Part shown: one piece after another, positions 7,692 to 16,470 of the stretch | Position numbering within the stretch: the first letter of the stretch is position 1 | Layout of the letters: each line of letters begins with the position of its first letter | Origin: Patescibacteria group bacterium | Lineage (GTDB): Bacteria; Patescibacteriota; Patescibacteriia; UBA9570 | Assembly (NCBI GenBank): GCA_041660305.1 | Contig: JBAZWO010000001.1 | Span: 113,909-177,908, forward strand | Length of the DNA: 64,000 nucleotides | Direction of reading: 5' to 3' | The notes under the pieces: model-generated | Told to the model about the DNA's origin: nothing | Databases searched by the model: none | The model's input: the letters and a program-made list of their open reading frames with translations, nothing else | Position numbers and translations under genes: made by a program

Positions 7692-8972
7692 TTATTTCTT
7701 CGGTTTTCCCTTATCAAGGGTCGCTCTATGCTTAGCAGCGTCCTTGAACAAACGTTCATGCTCTTCGCGCTCCTTGGGAGGAGCGGAGGTATGTCTGTCC
7801 GGATGGTGCTTGAGAGCCATCTTGCGATACGCCTTTTTGATTGTCTCAGCGCTATGCTCGGTGTCCCGAGCATAGCCGAAGAAATCGCAAGCGTCGCACC
7901 AGGCTTGCCAGTCCTTGTCGAACGTGGAAGCCTGTTTCGGATCTTGCCACTTGCCGCCACCATACTGCGCCTGGATCTGCTTGATAAAGGCGTCAATGTC
8001 GCCCCGTACTTGAGCGAGTGACTCGAGCAGTTCAATTACCTCGTCTAGCGACGAGGCATCGTGCACTGCTTTTTCGAGCCGCTCTTTCTCAACAACGAGA
8101 CCGTCCATCAACGCTTCGTTGGCCTTAACCCAGTCCAAAACCTTCTGCTTGCGCATCAGGTCCGGATTCTGAGCCGGCCAATACTGCAGCATCCAGGCGA
8201 TCTGGCCGCCCAGAACGGAGATGAGAAACTGAAAGTTACCCCATTCCTTCTGGAAATCGACCAGTAGAGACCGTGCTTCATTGGCTTCCTCAAGAGAAAG
8301 CCCTGTGGGGTTCGAACTGAACGGCTTGAGCATCTTGAGAAACTGCTCGAAAGCCGCCAGCTGAATTTTTCCACGGAGCCCCTCCGCCTCGGGCACCACC
8401 GCTAACATGATTCTGGCGGTGTCGAGGAGTGTTTCAGCCTGCTGGTGATTAGCCATGTGCATAGCTGAAATAATTTGGTCACGCGAACCGTCCGACAGCC
8501 TACCCCGAAACTCACCGAGCTCGAGGAGGATGCCGATAACCTGGTTGAGACGTACAAACTCCGCCGGGGACTTGGCGCGTATACGATCCACGTTGATCCC
8601 GTAAGCGGAGCAGAACTCCCGGAATGCCTGAACCGGCCCCGGGTGAGTCGCTAAAAGCTGAAAGTACTCACCCGGTATCCACTCCAGCCCCAGCCGCGCG
8701 AACAGAGCATTTGCAGCTCGTTTTTGCAACCGAGGCAGAGCGGGGTGTGCCGTAGGATCAAAACGAGCGAGTCGCGACCGTTTGGGAACCCCGCCGATGC
8801 CGGATCCCGAAACGCGCTGCACCCGCTGCTTGGCCTGCGGCCCGACAGACTGTGGGGTTGAAGGGTCAGGGACCCCCAACCGCCGTCGAAGCCCAATAGG
8901 CAGACGGTGGCCGAGGGCGAGAAGCACACTCAAGAACCTCTTGAGTAGCTCCTCTAGGGCGGACTTAATCAT
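7692..8972 (-). CDS. large helical protein with C-terminal DnaJ J-domain (HPD motif)
   Basis: C-terminus SAETIKKAYRKMALKHHPDRH is a canonical J-domain. Start chosen at MIKSALEEL, with GGGAGG four nucleotides upstream. The ORF track extends to 9050. Confidence 0.8.
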   Translation of the reverse strand: MIKSALEELLKRFLSVLLALGHRLPIGLRRRLGVPDPSTPQSVGPQAKQRVQRVSGSGIGGVPKRSRLARFDPTAHPALPRLQKRAANALFARLGLEWIPGEYFQLLATHPGPVQAFREFCSAYGINVDRIRAKSPAEFVRLNQVIGILLELGEFRGRLSDGSRDQIISAMHMANHQQAETLLDTARIMLAVVPEAEGLRGKIQLAAFEQFLKMLKPFSSNPTGLSLEEANEARSLLVDFQKEWGNFQFLISVLGGQIAWMLQYWPAQNPDLMRKQKVLDWVKANEALMDGLVVEKERLEKAVHDASSLDEVIELLESLAQVRGDIDAFIKQIQAQYGGGKWQDPKQASTFDKDWQAWCDACDFFGYARDTEHSAETIKKAYRKMALKHHPDRHTSAPPKEREEHERLFKDAAKHRATLDKGKPKK

Positions 8973-9028
8973 CGAACCTCCCTTGTGGCCATTCGTTAGC
9001 CACGTTTTTCGTTTTCTAAAATCAAAAA

Positions 9029-9048
9029 AATTTCCAAAAAAAATCCTC
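9029..9048. repeat. right terminal inverted repeat of GC-rich island
   Basis: TTTCCAAAAAAAATCCTC is the reverse complement of the left repeat at 5195-5212, allowing for T-run length. Confidence 0.5.
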
Positions 9049-9103
9049 AATTTTCAACGATCAAGCCTGTAACAAAGATATTATCCTTGCCAGGCTAATT
9101 TAA

Positions 9104-9204
9104 GCGGAGGATATCTCTTCACCCTAACCCCTGGGTTCCCGCCTGCCTCCTTAGACGGAGTACGGCGGGCAGGTACCCCAGTGGGTTAGAAGAGAGCTCT
9201 GCTT
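9104..9204. repeat. GC-rich nested palindromic repeat (family A variant)
   Basis: ctaacccctgg ... ccagtgggttag outer arms and a cccgcctgcc ... ggcgggcagg inner arm. Confidence 0.55.
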
Positions 9205-9405
9205 AAATCAACCGAGCAAAAAGCACAATACCACCTTATTTTAGGTTATTTATTATAATTTTTGGTAGGTAATGTGGTTCATATAAGAACGAGCCAGAAT
9301 ATCACTTTTTTTTGATTTTGTCAATACCAAATCTGTTTAGCACCATATTATTGTATATTTGTCAATATATACGTGTGTTAGTTAGCTTGTTATAATAACA
9401 ATATT

Positions 9406-9717
9406 ATGAGTACAAAACAGCTGAATGATATTGTAAAAACCATTACTAAAGAAATACAGCCAGAACAAGTGGTGTTGTTTGGTTCACAAGTATGGGGTAC
9501 TCCTCACATAGGTAGCGATATTGATTTATTAGTAGTAGCCAATACTACTGGTAAAATGGAGTATTTACGTAAAATACGCCAAGTTTTATTTGGCCACAAC
9601 TTTCCGCCGATAGATTTAATCACCTATTCAGCCTCGGAAATTAAGCAGCGTATTACTCAAGGCGATAGTTTTTTGGCAGAAATTATGAACAGAGGCAAAA
9701 TAGTTTATGAACGCTAA
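9406..9717 (+). CDS. nucleotidyltransferase (MNT antitoxin)
   Basis: VVLFGSQVWGTPHIGSDIDLLVV. Overlaps the downstream HEPN gene by 11 nt. Confidence 0.75.
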   Translation: MSTKQLNDIVKTITKEIQPEQVVLFGSQVWGTPHIGSDIDLLVVANTTGKMEYLRKIRQVLFGHNFPPIDLITYSASEIKQRITQGDSFLAEIMNRGKIVYER

Positions 9718-10123
9718 TATTTTGCCGATCATTGTTCAAGAATGGCTAGACAAAGCTAATAATGATGAATTAAACGCTCAATCAATTTTAAAACATAAAG
9801 ACGGCACACCAAGTGGTGTTTGTTTTTTGTCGCAACAAATGGCTGAAAAATATTTGAAAGCTTTTTTAATGTTTCATAAAAAACCATTACAAAAAATCCA
9901 TGCGTTAGATCGGTTATTAGAATCTTGCATTGAAATAAATAATGATTTAAGCACACTGAAAGATGATGTAATTTTTTTAACAGATTTCTATATTTCCACA
10001 CGTTACCCAGCTGATATACCGGATTCATCCTGGAATGACGCTGAACATGCTCTAACGGCCGCTAAGCATGTAAAAGATGTAATAATAAAAACATTAGCAT
10101 TATCAGCGTCATCAGAAATTTAA
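9707..10123 (+). CDS. HEPN domain protein (PF05168-like)
   Basis: QQMAEKYLKAFL and a C-terminal ISTRYPAD motif typical of HEPN. Paired with the MNT gene upstream. Confidence 0.7.
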   Translation: MNANILPIIVQEWLDKANNDELNAQSILKHKDGTPSGVCFLSQQMAEKYLKAFLMFHKKPLQKIHALDRLLESCIEINNDLSTLKDDVIFLTDFYISTRYPADIPDSSWNDAEHALTAAKHVKDVIIKTLALSASSEI

Positions 10124-10140
10124 TCTGCGTAATCTGTGAT

Positions 10141-10950
10141 TCAGCGTTTCAAATGATCCTGCATGCTCACTGGCTCATCTGGTTTGCCGTCTACCGCGTT
10201 AAAACGATCTAACACTTTATATTGTGGGGGTTCCACTGGTTCCACGATGGTAGAGACGCCCCGGCGGGGCGTCTCTACCTTGTTGGGCAACGTCTCTACC
10301 TTAGGTGTTTCTACAGGGGATTCCTGTGGGAACGCGATATATCGCGTTCTCTTCGCCTCAAATTTTAACAAATAATACGTATAAGACGCTAACAAGCCTA
10401 GCGCGCCAGCGGCTGCTCCATTGAGTGGTATATTTGGTTTTACTGGTCTATTACTAGTAACCGGCCCTTCAATTTGTTTTATGTATACGCTATCTCCCCC
10501 ACCATAATAATCAGAGGAGTTAGTAGTTAACACCTGCGCAACACCGGTAGCAATGCCTTCCGCGTTAGCAGGATTAGTGCCATAACCAAATATTTTAATA
10601 ATACCGGTTTCTGGCACTACTTCGGCGCTTACCAGTTTTTCCCAAGCACTTTTTTTATCATTCGAATCGATACTAAACTGCTCTGGTTTTACCTGGCCAG
10701 TTTCTAATACTCGATTCAAAAAATCTAGTGAAGTAATTACGTTTACCAAGCTGTTTCCCAAGCTAGCGGCCGCCCGTTGCGCTGTGTAGGAATCTACCGT
10801 AGCGCTTTGCTTTTGCACAATTAGTAAATCTACTTCCGATTTATATAATTGATCGGGAATAAACGATAAACCAACGGCAATAGCCGCGCATACTAACGTG
10901 CTGCATGTTATTACTAGCCAGTGTTCTTTAATCAGAAGTAAATAACGCAT
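10141..10950 (-). CDS. Wzz-like polysaccharide chain-length determinant protein (TM-periplasmic-TM)
   Basis: N-terminal TM plus a C-terminal TM (GAAAGALGLLASYTYYLLK). The C-terminal region carries an in-frame copy of the palindrome GTAGAGACGC...GCGTCTCTAC. Confidence 0.55.
   Translation of the reverse strand: MRYLLLIKEHWLVITCSTLVCAAIAVGLSFIPDQLYKSEVDLLIVQKQSATVDSYTAQRAAASLGNSLVNVITSLDFLNRVLETGQVKPEQFSIDSNDKKSAWEKLVSAEVVPETGIIKIFGYGTNPANAEGIATGVAQVLTTNSSDYYGGGDSVYIKQIEGPVTSNRPVKPNIPLNGAAAGALGLLASYTYYLLKFEAKRTRYIAFPQESPVETPKVETLPNKVETPRRGVSTIVEPVEPPQYKVLDRFNAVDGKPDEPVSMQDHLKR
10250..10323. repeat. family B perfect palindrome (GTAGAGACGC-ccccggcgggg-GCGTCTCTAC) plus two degenerate half-copies, inside CDS
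   Basis: 29-bp perfect palindrome at 10250-10278. Other copies are at 16646-16673 and 29766-29793. Confidence 0.8.
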
Positions 10951-10958
10951 AAATTTAT

Positions 10959-13900
10959 TTAGCCTTGCAATGTAGCATTTAAAATGTCTTTACCATCGAA
11001 TTCAACTTTATGTGGCAACAAACCTCGTTCTAAGGCGTGTTGAATAACACTAAGGGCTTCTTTAGCAGCCGGATCACCAGCCGAAGCATGCTTAGAAATA
11101 TCTTGAGCTACATCTACCCAACGCTGCGCTTGAGCGAGCAAACCTGAATTGCGTTCAAAGCCAAGTGAAAAATGTAAAAGAGGTTCACCATGATGCCCAG
11201 CTATTTCAGCAACCGGATAATGTGGCTTTAACACTCCGGATATTTTATCCATGGCTCTATGCATGCCTTCTGCTACTGCTTCCTTAATCTGGCCAACACT
11301 ATTGGAAGCACTCACATGAATAGGTTCCACCCCAGCTACTTTGGTAGATATATCAATCTGCGCCATTTTTCCTATTACTTCCTCTTTAAAATAAACACCA
11401 TGTTCATAACGTCCTTTACACGTAGAAAAACTATCTTCGACTTGTTTTAATAATTGTTTAGCCTGCCAGATAGTTTCAGCTGGTGCCCGCTGCGCTTTAT
11501 AATCAGCCAACATATCCTGCATTTGTTTTACTTGTTGTTCTTGAGCAATAATATCTTTAATCGCTCCTACTCTCATTTCTGGCGGAACAAACTTGCCTGA
11601 GAGCGGTTCTCCATAATGGCTTAAATCAACATCATTATATTTTAATCCATTATTATATGGCGCAACAATTTTATCCCAATCTGCCGTGCCTGGTTTTACG
11701 GAAATTACTTCTGCTACACCATCATTATTATGCACGTAAAAATATTCTGGCTGGTGGGTAATTGGATTCGTTACTTGGCGTAACGGTTCATCAAATGGTT
11801 CATAATCGGAAGAAACATATAAATCTGTTTCTAAACCTTCCATGCTTGTACCAGGATTAGTACCTACCGCCGGAAAATGATAATCTACACCATGAAAACG
11901 TTCTGGGTGTTGCAACATATCAGTTTGGGTATGTGCCCACTGTTGCTCAGAAGTTAAAGCCTGCTCAATGCCGTGCGGATTCAGATCAGCACGTGCCCCA
12001 GCTGGTTCTACAGAATTACCAGCCCCATGCCCAACCCCGTGTCCGTGCGGCAAATCCACCGCTGGTGCCTGGTCACCGGCCTCAAACGAATAATGCGCCT
12101 GGCCGTCACTGCCTACATTAGCCACCACTTTATCACCTTCATGCGTTAAATTATACCACTGTCCTTTACTTTTTAATTCCTGCATTGCGTTAGCAAATTC
12201 TTTCTTCACCCAAGCCGATTCGCTTATATCGGAACTTTTATCATAACCTAATTCTTTCGCGTTTTGCCGGATTAAATGCAATAATGATCTTGACTCAAAA
12301 TCCTTACCACTTGTGCCGGTAATTTCATCTTCAATTTTTACCATTGGCGCAGTATGATCTGGAGTCAACGTACCAGCTTCTTGCGCTCGAGATAAATCTT
12401 CCCGAACAGCGGCTGCTGCTCGCTGAATTTGCTCGTTAGTAAATGGCCGATCAATAATTTCCTGACGATCCTTAGCCCATTGTTTTTGAAAATTGGATTC
12501 TGTCTGAGCAGTGGCTCGTTGTGCTAACCATTCATTGAGTTCGTGCATGCCAATGGCACCCAAAGCCGCTCCGGCTACACCGCCAGCTACTTTATAGCCT
12601 AATTTAACATGATCAAATTGTTTTTGTTTTTCATAATGCTCTACAATATGATCATTCTGCTGGGTGGCTAACCCTAAGCTCATTCTAGCATCGTTAACTA
12701 ATAATTCTTCTAACCGTTGCGCTTCAGTTTGTAAACGAACATATTCTATTGAACGCTGGCCTTGTTCATTGGTTTGGGCTTTAACATATTTTGGATTATT
12801 TAATTGTTCACGCACTTGCGCTAATTTTAAGCTTAACTCTTTCGGTGAAGTTACCTTATCAATATCATGTAATTCCTTAGCGGTAATAGCGCTGGCATAC
12901 TCTGCGCCCATAACTGCACTAGCCCGTTTTGTACCAACTTTTTCACCTAACATCATGCCCAGCTTACCACCAGCTAGTGCTCCAGTATATACACGTAATC
13001 CAGGTACATAGCGAGTGGCTATACCAACGCCAGCAAATAAAAATGCTTGGATAGATTTTTCTGTAGTTGTATTTTTTCCAACCCCTAACGTAAGTACATT
13101 AGCTACTCGTTTTACCCAGCTATTATCCAGAGCCTTAGCCATTTTACCTGGCTGATTATGTTGCATATCTGCCTCAAATAAATCGTTACCAGCTTCTACT
13201 AAATATAGTTTTTTTACTGCTTCCGCCATTTGTTCAATAGGCTTAATCATTTTTTCCCAGGCATCTTTCTTGTTTTTATCTGTCGGATTGGCATCGTAAT
13301 CATCTCGAATAGCTTCATAATTAGCTATGCCATAACGCTTGGCTAATTGATCCAATGAGCCACGTTCAATTTGGTTGGCTCGTTGTGATATTAAATGATC
13401 TAAACCAGTTTTAAAAGCACCTTTATCTTTATCCTTCGCTGCAACGTATTGTTTAGTAGTATTTTCTATTGAAACTTCTAATGGCACGGTACCGTCACGT
13501 TTGGTTTTAACTTTTTGTTCCACCGCCACGGCAATTCTGGCTAACACATCGTTAACACATTGTTTATATTTATCGCTATCTGTTTTTTCTAATTCAGAAC
13601 GAATACCTTTTTCTTGTTTTACCGCGCCTTTTTTATCACGAAAATGTTCGTGCAAATTAAATACCATTCTGGCAGCCAACGCACCAGCCGCTCCAACTGC
13701 AAACGCTGGCATAGCTACAGCTAAGGTAGTAGCTGCCAAACCAGCCCCAATACCAACACCGGCTATGGTGCCAATTTTTCCGGCCGTCCGCCAAAAGCTT
13801 TTAGGTACCGCTGTCTGCTGATCGGCTCTAGCCTGTTCATACACCTGCTGATCCTGCATTAAAAACATCAGCTGCGCATCTGTTTCTGCCAAGCCAATAT

Positions 13901-15836
13901 GATCGGCTAAATTTTTTAGTTCAGCCGCATCTAATTTTAATACTGTACCTGCTTTACCAGCATCTTTATTAGCTAAAGCACTAATTAATTTTTCTATGTA
14001 TTTTTTTAAATCTCCGCCTTTAGCCAATTCCGCTTCCAAATTTTTCATTACAGCATACTTGTCCTTAGCTTCGTCACGTTTCGCTGTTTCCATGCGCACT
14101 GTATTTAATAATTCTTTAGTATTCGGTTGATCAGTAAATTTTTTGGCGGCACAGCTAGTTTCAATAGCCGCAATAAACCCATCATGAGCCTTTTTAATGT
14201 CGGCCGGATCTTTCACGTCCACTGTAATTTCCGCACCACCTTCCTCTAATTGATAAGTTACTACCGTTTTATCTTTATCAACATGCAATTTAAATACCGC
14301 TGGTTTATCAGCGTATTTTGCTTTCGTAGTTGGATTTACTGTATAATCACGCGTGAGTGTGTAATTTATTTCCGTATCTTTTTTATCTTCTTTTGCTTTA
14401 CCAAGTGCTAAATATTCTGGTATTTCTTTACCAATTACGCCAACGCCTGGCAAATTCCATTCATCAGCAGCTACTGGACTATCTACTAATTTTTTAGCTT
14501 CGGCTTCTAATGCTGCTTTAGCTGCGGCAGTTTCTAATTTGGCTTTTTTTTCAGTACAGAATTTTTCGGTTTCTTTAACAAATTTATCATTAAATATACT
14601 TTGTAATACACCAGCATCATTGGCTTTTAATTTTTGCGCTTTAGCACTATCCGCTACTTTATATTCCACAGCCGCCGGCTTATTTGGTTCAATCACTATT
14701 TTAAAATAAGCGCCCGTAGAACTATAGGCCCTATCTTTGTATGGTTTAGTTAATGTAATGGTTCTAGATTTTCCTGCACTAACACTTTCAGAAATACTAC
14801 CACTATCCAAATAGTCATCTAATGATAACTTTAAACTTTCATTATTAGCTAAATCGATTTGTTCATCATGAGCGTCGGTTAAATATTTTTCTATGGTACT
14901 AGTTAAATCTGCTTCATCTTTTTCTTGTTTAACTTTTTTATCGGCTTCCGTTTTAATAAAGTTAGTTACTTCACTTTGAAAATTTCTATATTCACGTACC
15001 GCGGCTGCTGGATTAGGTGCTGGTTTAGGACCAACGGTTCTGCCACCATATGCTGTATACTCAATAGTTACTCCATGGTCTGTTACTAACATAGTAAATT
15101 CAGCTGGCACAGCACTTAGTGCTGGCGTTCCTTCGTATGGCTGTATATAATTATAAGCTATGCTATCGCCTATAGAAGCCGCTCCACTAAAATCAGAGCG
15201 TGTTAATTCAGCATGACCTAATTCTGGCAAATCCAACGCCGCAAAAGCTTTCCCACCAATTTCCCAATTTACATCTCCGTCTTTAAAATTGGTAACGTAT
15301 CGCTTATCAAGATCTTTTATCTGTTCTGCCGGTATTCCTTTGCGAGCTACTTCTTGAGCATTAACTACACCAACCATTTTAGCTTGATAAATCCGTTCAG
15401 TTTCCTTAGCTAAATCATCCAGCTGTTTTATTAATTGTTCATTATCAATTGTAAAACCTGTTATTAAAGTCATATCAAGAATATCTCTTAAATCAGATTT
15501 GAAACGTTGTTCGGCTCGTTCAATAACCTTTTGTAATTCTACCAAAGCTGCTTTAGCTGTGTCTTTAGCTAATTCTACATTTTCTTTAGCAGTAATTATT
15601 TTGTCTTCCGTGTCAGCGTCTTTCAATTCTTTACTAGCAGCTTTAAATGCATCACGAGCAGCATTTACATCTTTAACCGCTTGTTCCGCGCGCCCAACAA
15701 AACGTTGCCGTTGTTCGGCTGGATTAATAGCATCACCTGCACTCACTGGAGCACTACCAGCAGCTGAATCTGGTTTTGCTTTTTTCTTTTTCTCGTCTTT
15801 TTTATCTTTTTTTAGATCTTTATCGTGTTTGCCCAT
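10959..15836 (-). CDS. giant protein (1625 aa) with internal glycine-zipper TM segments
   Basis: Single uninterrupted ORF. Lys-rich N-terminus and no signal peptide. Three Gly/Ala-rich hydrophobic segments (GTIAGVGIGAGLAATTLAVAMPAFAVGAAGALAA, AFLFAGVGIATRY, VAGGVAGAALGAIGM). A His/Gly-rich region occurs near residue 1190. Confidence 0.6.
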   Translation of the reverse strand: MGKHDKDLKKDKKDEKKKKAKPDSAAGSAPVSAGDAINPAEQRQRFVGRAEQAVKDVNAARDAFKAASKELKDADTEDKIITAKENVELAKDTAKAALVELQKVIERAEQRFKSDLRDILDMTLITGFTIDNEQLIKQLDDLAKETERIYQAKMVGVVNAQEVARKGIPAEQIKDLDKRYVTNFKDGDVNWEIGGKAFAALDLPELGHAELTRSDFSGAASIGDSIAYNYIQPYEGTPALSAVPAEFTMLVTDHGVTIEYTAYGGRTVGPKPAPNPAAAVREYRNFQSEVTNFIKTEADKKVKQEKDEADLTSTIEKYLTDAHDEQIDLANNESLKLSLDDYLDSGSISESVSAGKSRTITLTKPYKDRAYSSTGAYFKIVIEPNKPAAVEYKVADSAKAQKLKANDAGVLQSIFNDKFVKETEKFCTEKKAKLETAAAKAALEAEAKKLVDSPVAADEWNLPGVGVIGKEIPEYLALGKAKEDKKDTEINYTLTRDYTVNPTTKAKYADKPAVFKLHVDKDKTVVTYQLEEGGAEITVDVKDPADIKKAHDGFIAAIETSCAAKKFTDQPNTKELLNTVRMETAKRDEAKDKYAVMKNLEAELAKGGDLKKYIEKLISALANKDAGKAGTVLKLDAAELKNLADHIGLAETDAQLMFLMQDQQVYEQARADQQTAVPKSFWRTAGKIGTIAGVGIGAGLAATTLAVAMPAFAVGAAGALAARMVFNLHEHFRDKKGAVKQEKGIRSELEKTDSDKYKQCVNDVLARIAVAVEQKVKTKRDGTVPLEVSIENTTKQYVAAKDKDKGAFKTGLDHLISQRANQIERGSLDQLAKRYGIANYEAIRDDYDANPTDKNKKDAWEKMIKPIEQMAEAVKKLYLVEAGNDLFEADMQHNQPGKMAKALDNSWVKRVANVLTLGVGKNTTTEKSIQAFLFAGVGIATRYVPGLRVYTGALAGGKLGMMLGEKVGTKRASAVMGAEYASAITAKELHDIDKVTSPKELSLKLAQVREQLNNPKYVKAQTNEQGQRSIEYVRLQTEAQRLEELLVNDARMSLGLATQQNDHIVEHYEKQKQFDHVKLGYKVAGGVAGAALGAIGMHELNEWLAQRATAQTESNFQKQWAKDRQEIIDRPFTNEQIQRAAAAVREDLSRAQEAGTLTPDHTAPMVKIEDEITGTSGKDFESRSLLHLIRQNAKELGYDKSSDISESAWVKKEFANAMQELKSKGQWYNLTHEGDKVVANVGSDGQAHYSFEAGDQAPAVDLPHGHGVGHGAGNSVEPAGARADLNPHGIEQALTSEQQWAHTQTDMLQHPERFHGVDYHFPAVGTNPGTSMEGLETDLYVSSDYEPFDEPLRQVTNPITHQPEYFYVHNNDGVAEVISVKPGTADWDKIVAPYNNGLKYNDVDLSHYGEPLSGKFVPPEMRVGAIKDIIAQEQQVKQMQDMLADYKAQRAPAETIWQAKQLLKQVEDSFSTCKGRYEHGVYFKEEVIGKMAQIDISTKVAGVEPIHVSASNSVGQIKEAVAEGMHRAMDKISGVLKPHYPVAEIAGHHGEPLLHFSLGFERNSGLLAQAQRWVDVAQDISKHASAGDPAAKEALSVIQHALERGLLPHKVEFDGKDILNATLQG

Positions 15837-15841
15837 ACAAG

Positions 15842-16054
15842 TTAGTTGTTATTAATATCTTGTAATATTTGTTGAATTTTTTGGTGATCGATGCGCTGCA
15901 AGGCCTGGTTAATTACGTCTTTTTTTTGCTGTTTAATTACTTTCATTTCTTTAGTAAAATCATGCACAATCTCATTAATACGCTTAATTTTTTCCTCAAT
16001 CTGTGCGGGGGTTAAATCGGTAGCCACTAATTGTTTATTGAAATCATCCCCCAT
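15842..16054 (-). CDS. small helical hypothetical protein
   Basis: 70-aa ORF immediately upstream of the giant gene. Confidence 0.35.
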   Translation of the reverse strand: MGDDFNKQLVATDLTPAQIEEKIKRINEIVHDFTKEMKVIKQQKKDVINQALQRIDHQKIQQILQDINNN

Positions 16055-16090
16055 AAAAAATATAAATGATCAACGATCCTTTTTGTTTAT

Positions 16091-16429
16091 TTATTTTTTA
16101 CCAGTTTCTAAGAAATTTTTAGCTAGTTCATCTAAACCAACTTTTAATTTTTCGGAAAAATTTTCAATATGGCTTTCTAAAAATTGATTAACCGCTGCCT
16201 GATCTGCTTTACTTGGATTTTCTCCTACTAGTTGGTTAAACGCTACTACGTCTTGTTCTGGTAATTCATTTACTACAATCAAGCCAATTCTACGATACAC
16301 TTGGGTTAATAATTGCTCGCGATAAGATAACTGAAAATTCTCTGGTAAATTATTATAGCCGGCTTCTGTTATGAGATAATCCACAAATGATTCTAATGGA
16401 TTAGTTTGTGTAGAAGTAATATTTGACAT
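16091..16429 (-). CDS. hypothetical protein
   Basis: 112-aa ORF with no recognisable motif. Confidence 0.4.
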   Translation of the reverse strand: MSNITSTQTNPLESFVDYLITEAGYNNLPENFQLSYREQLLTQVYRRIGLIVVNELPEQDVVAFNQLVGENPSKADQAAVNQFLESHIENFSEKLKVGLDELAKNFLETGKK

Positions 16430-16470
16430 AAAATATATTTTTTATTTCAATAAATTATTATTATAATACA

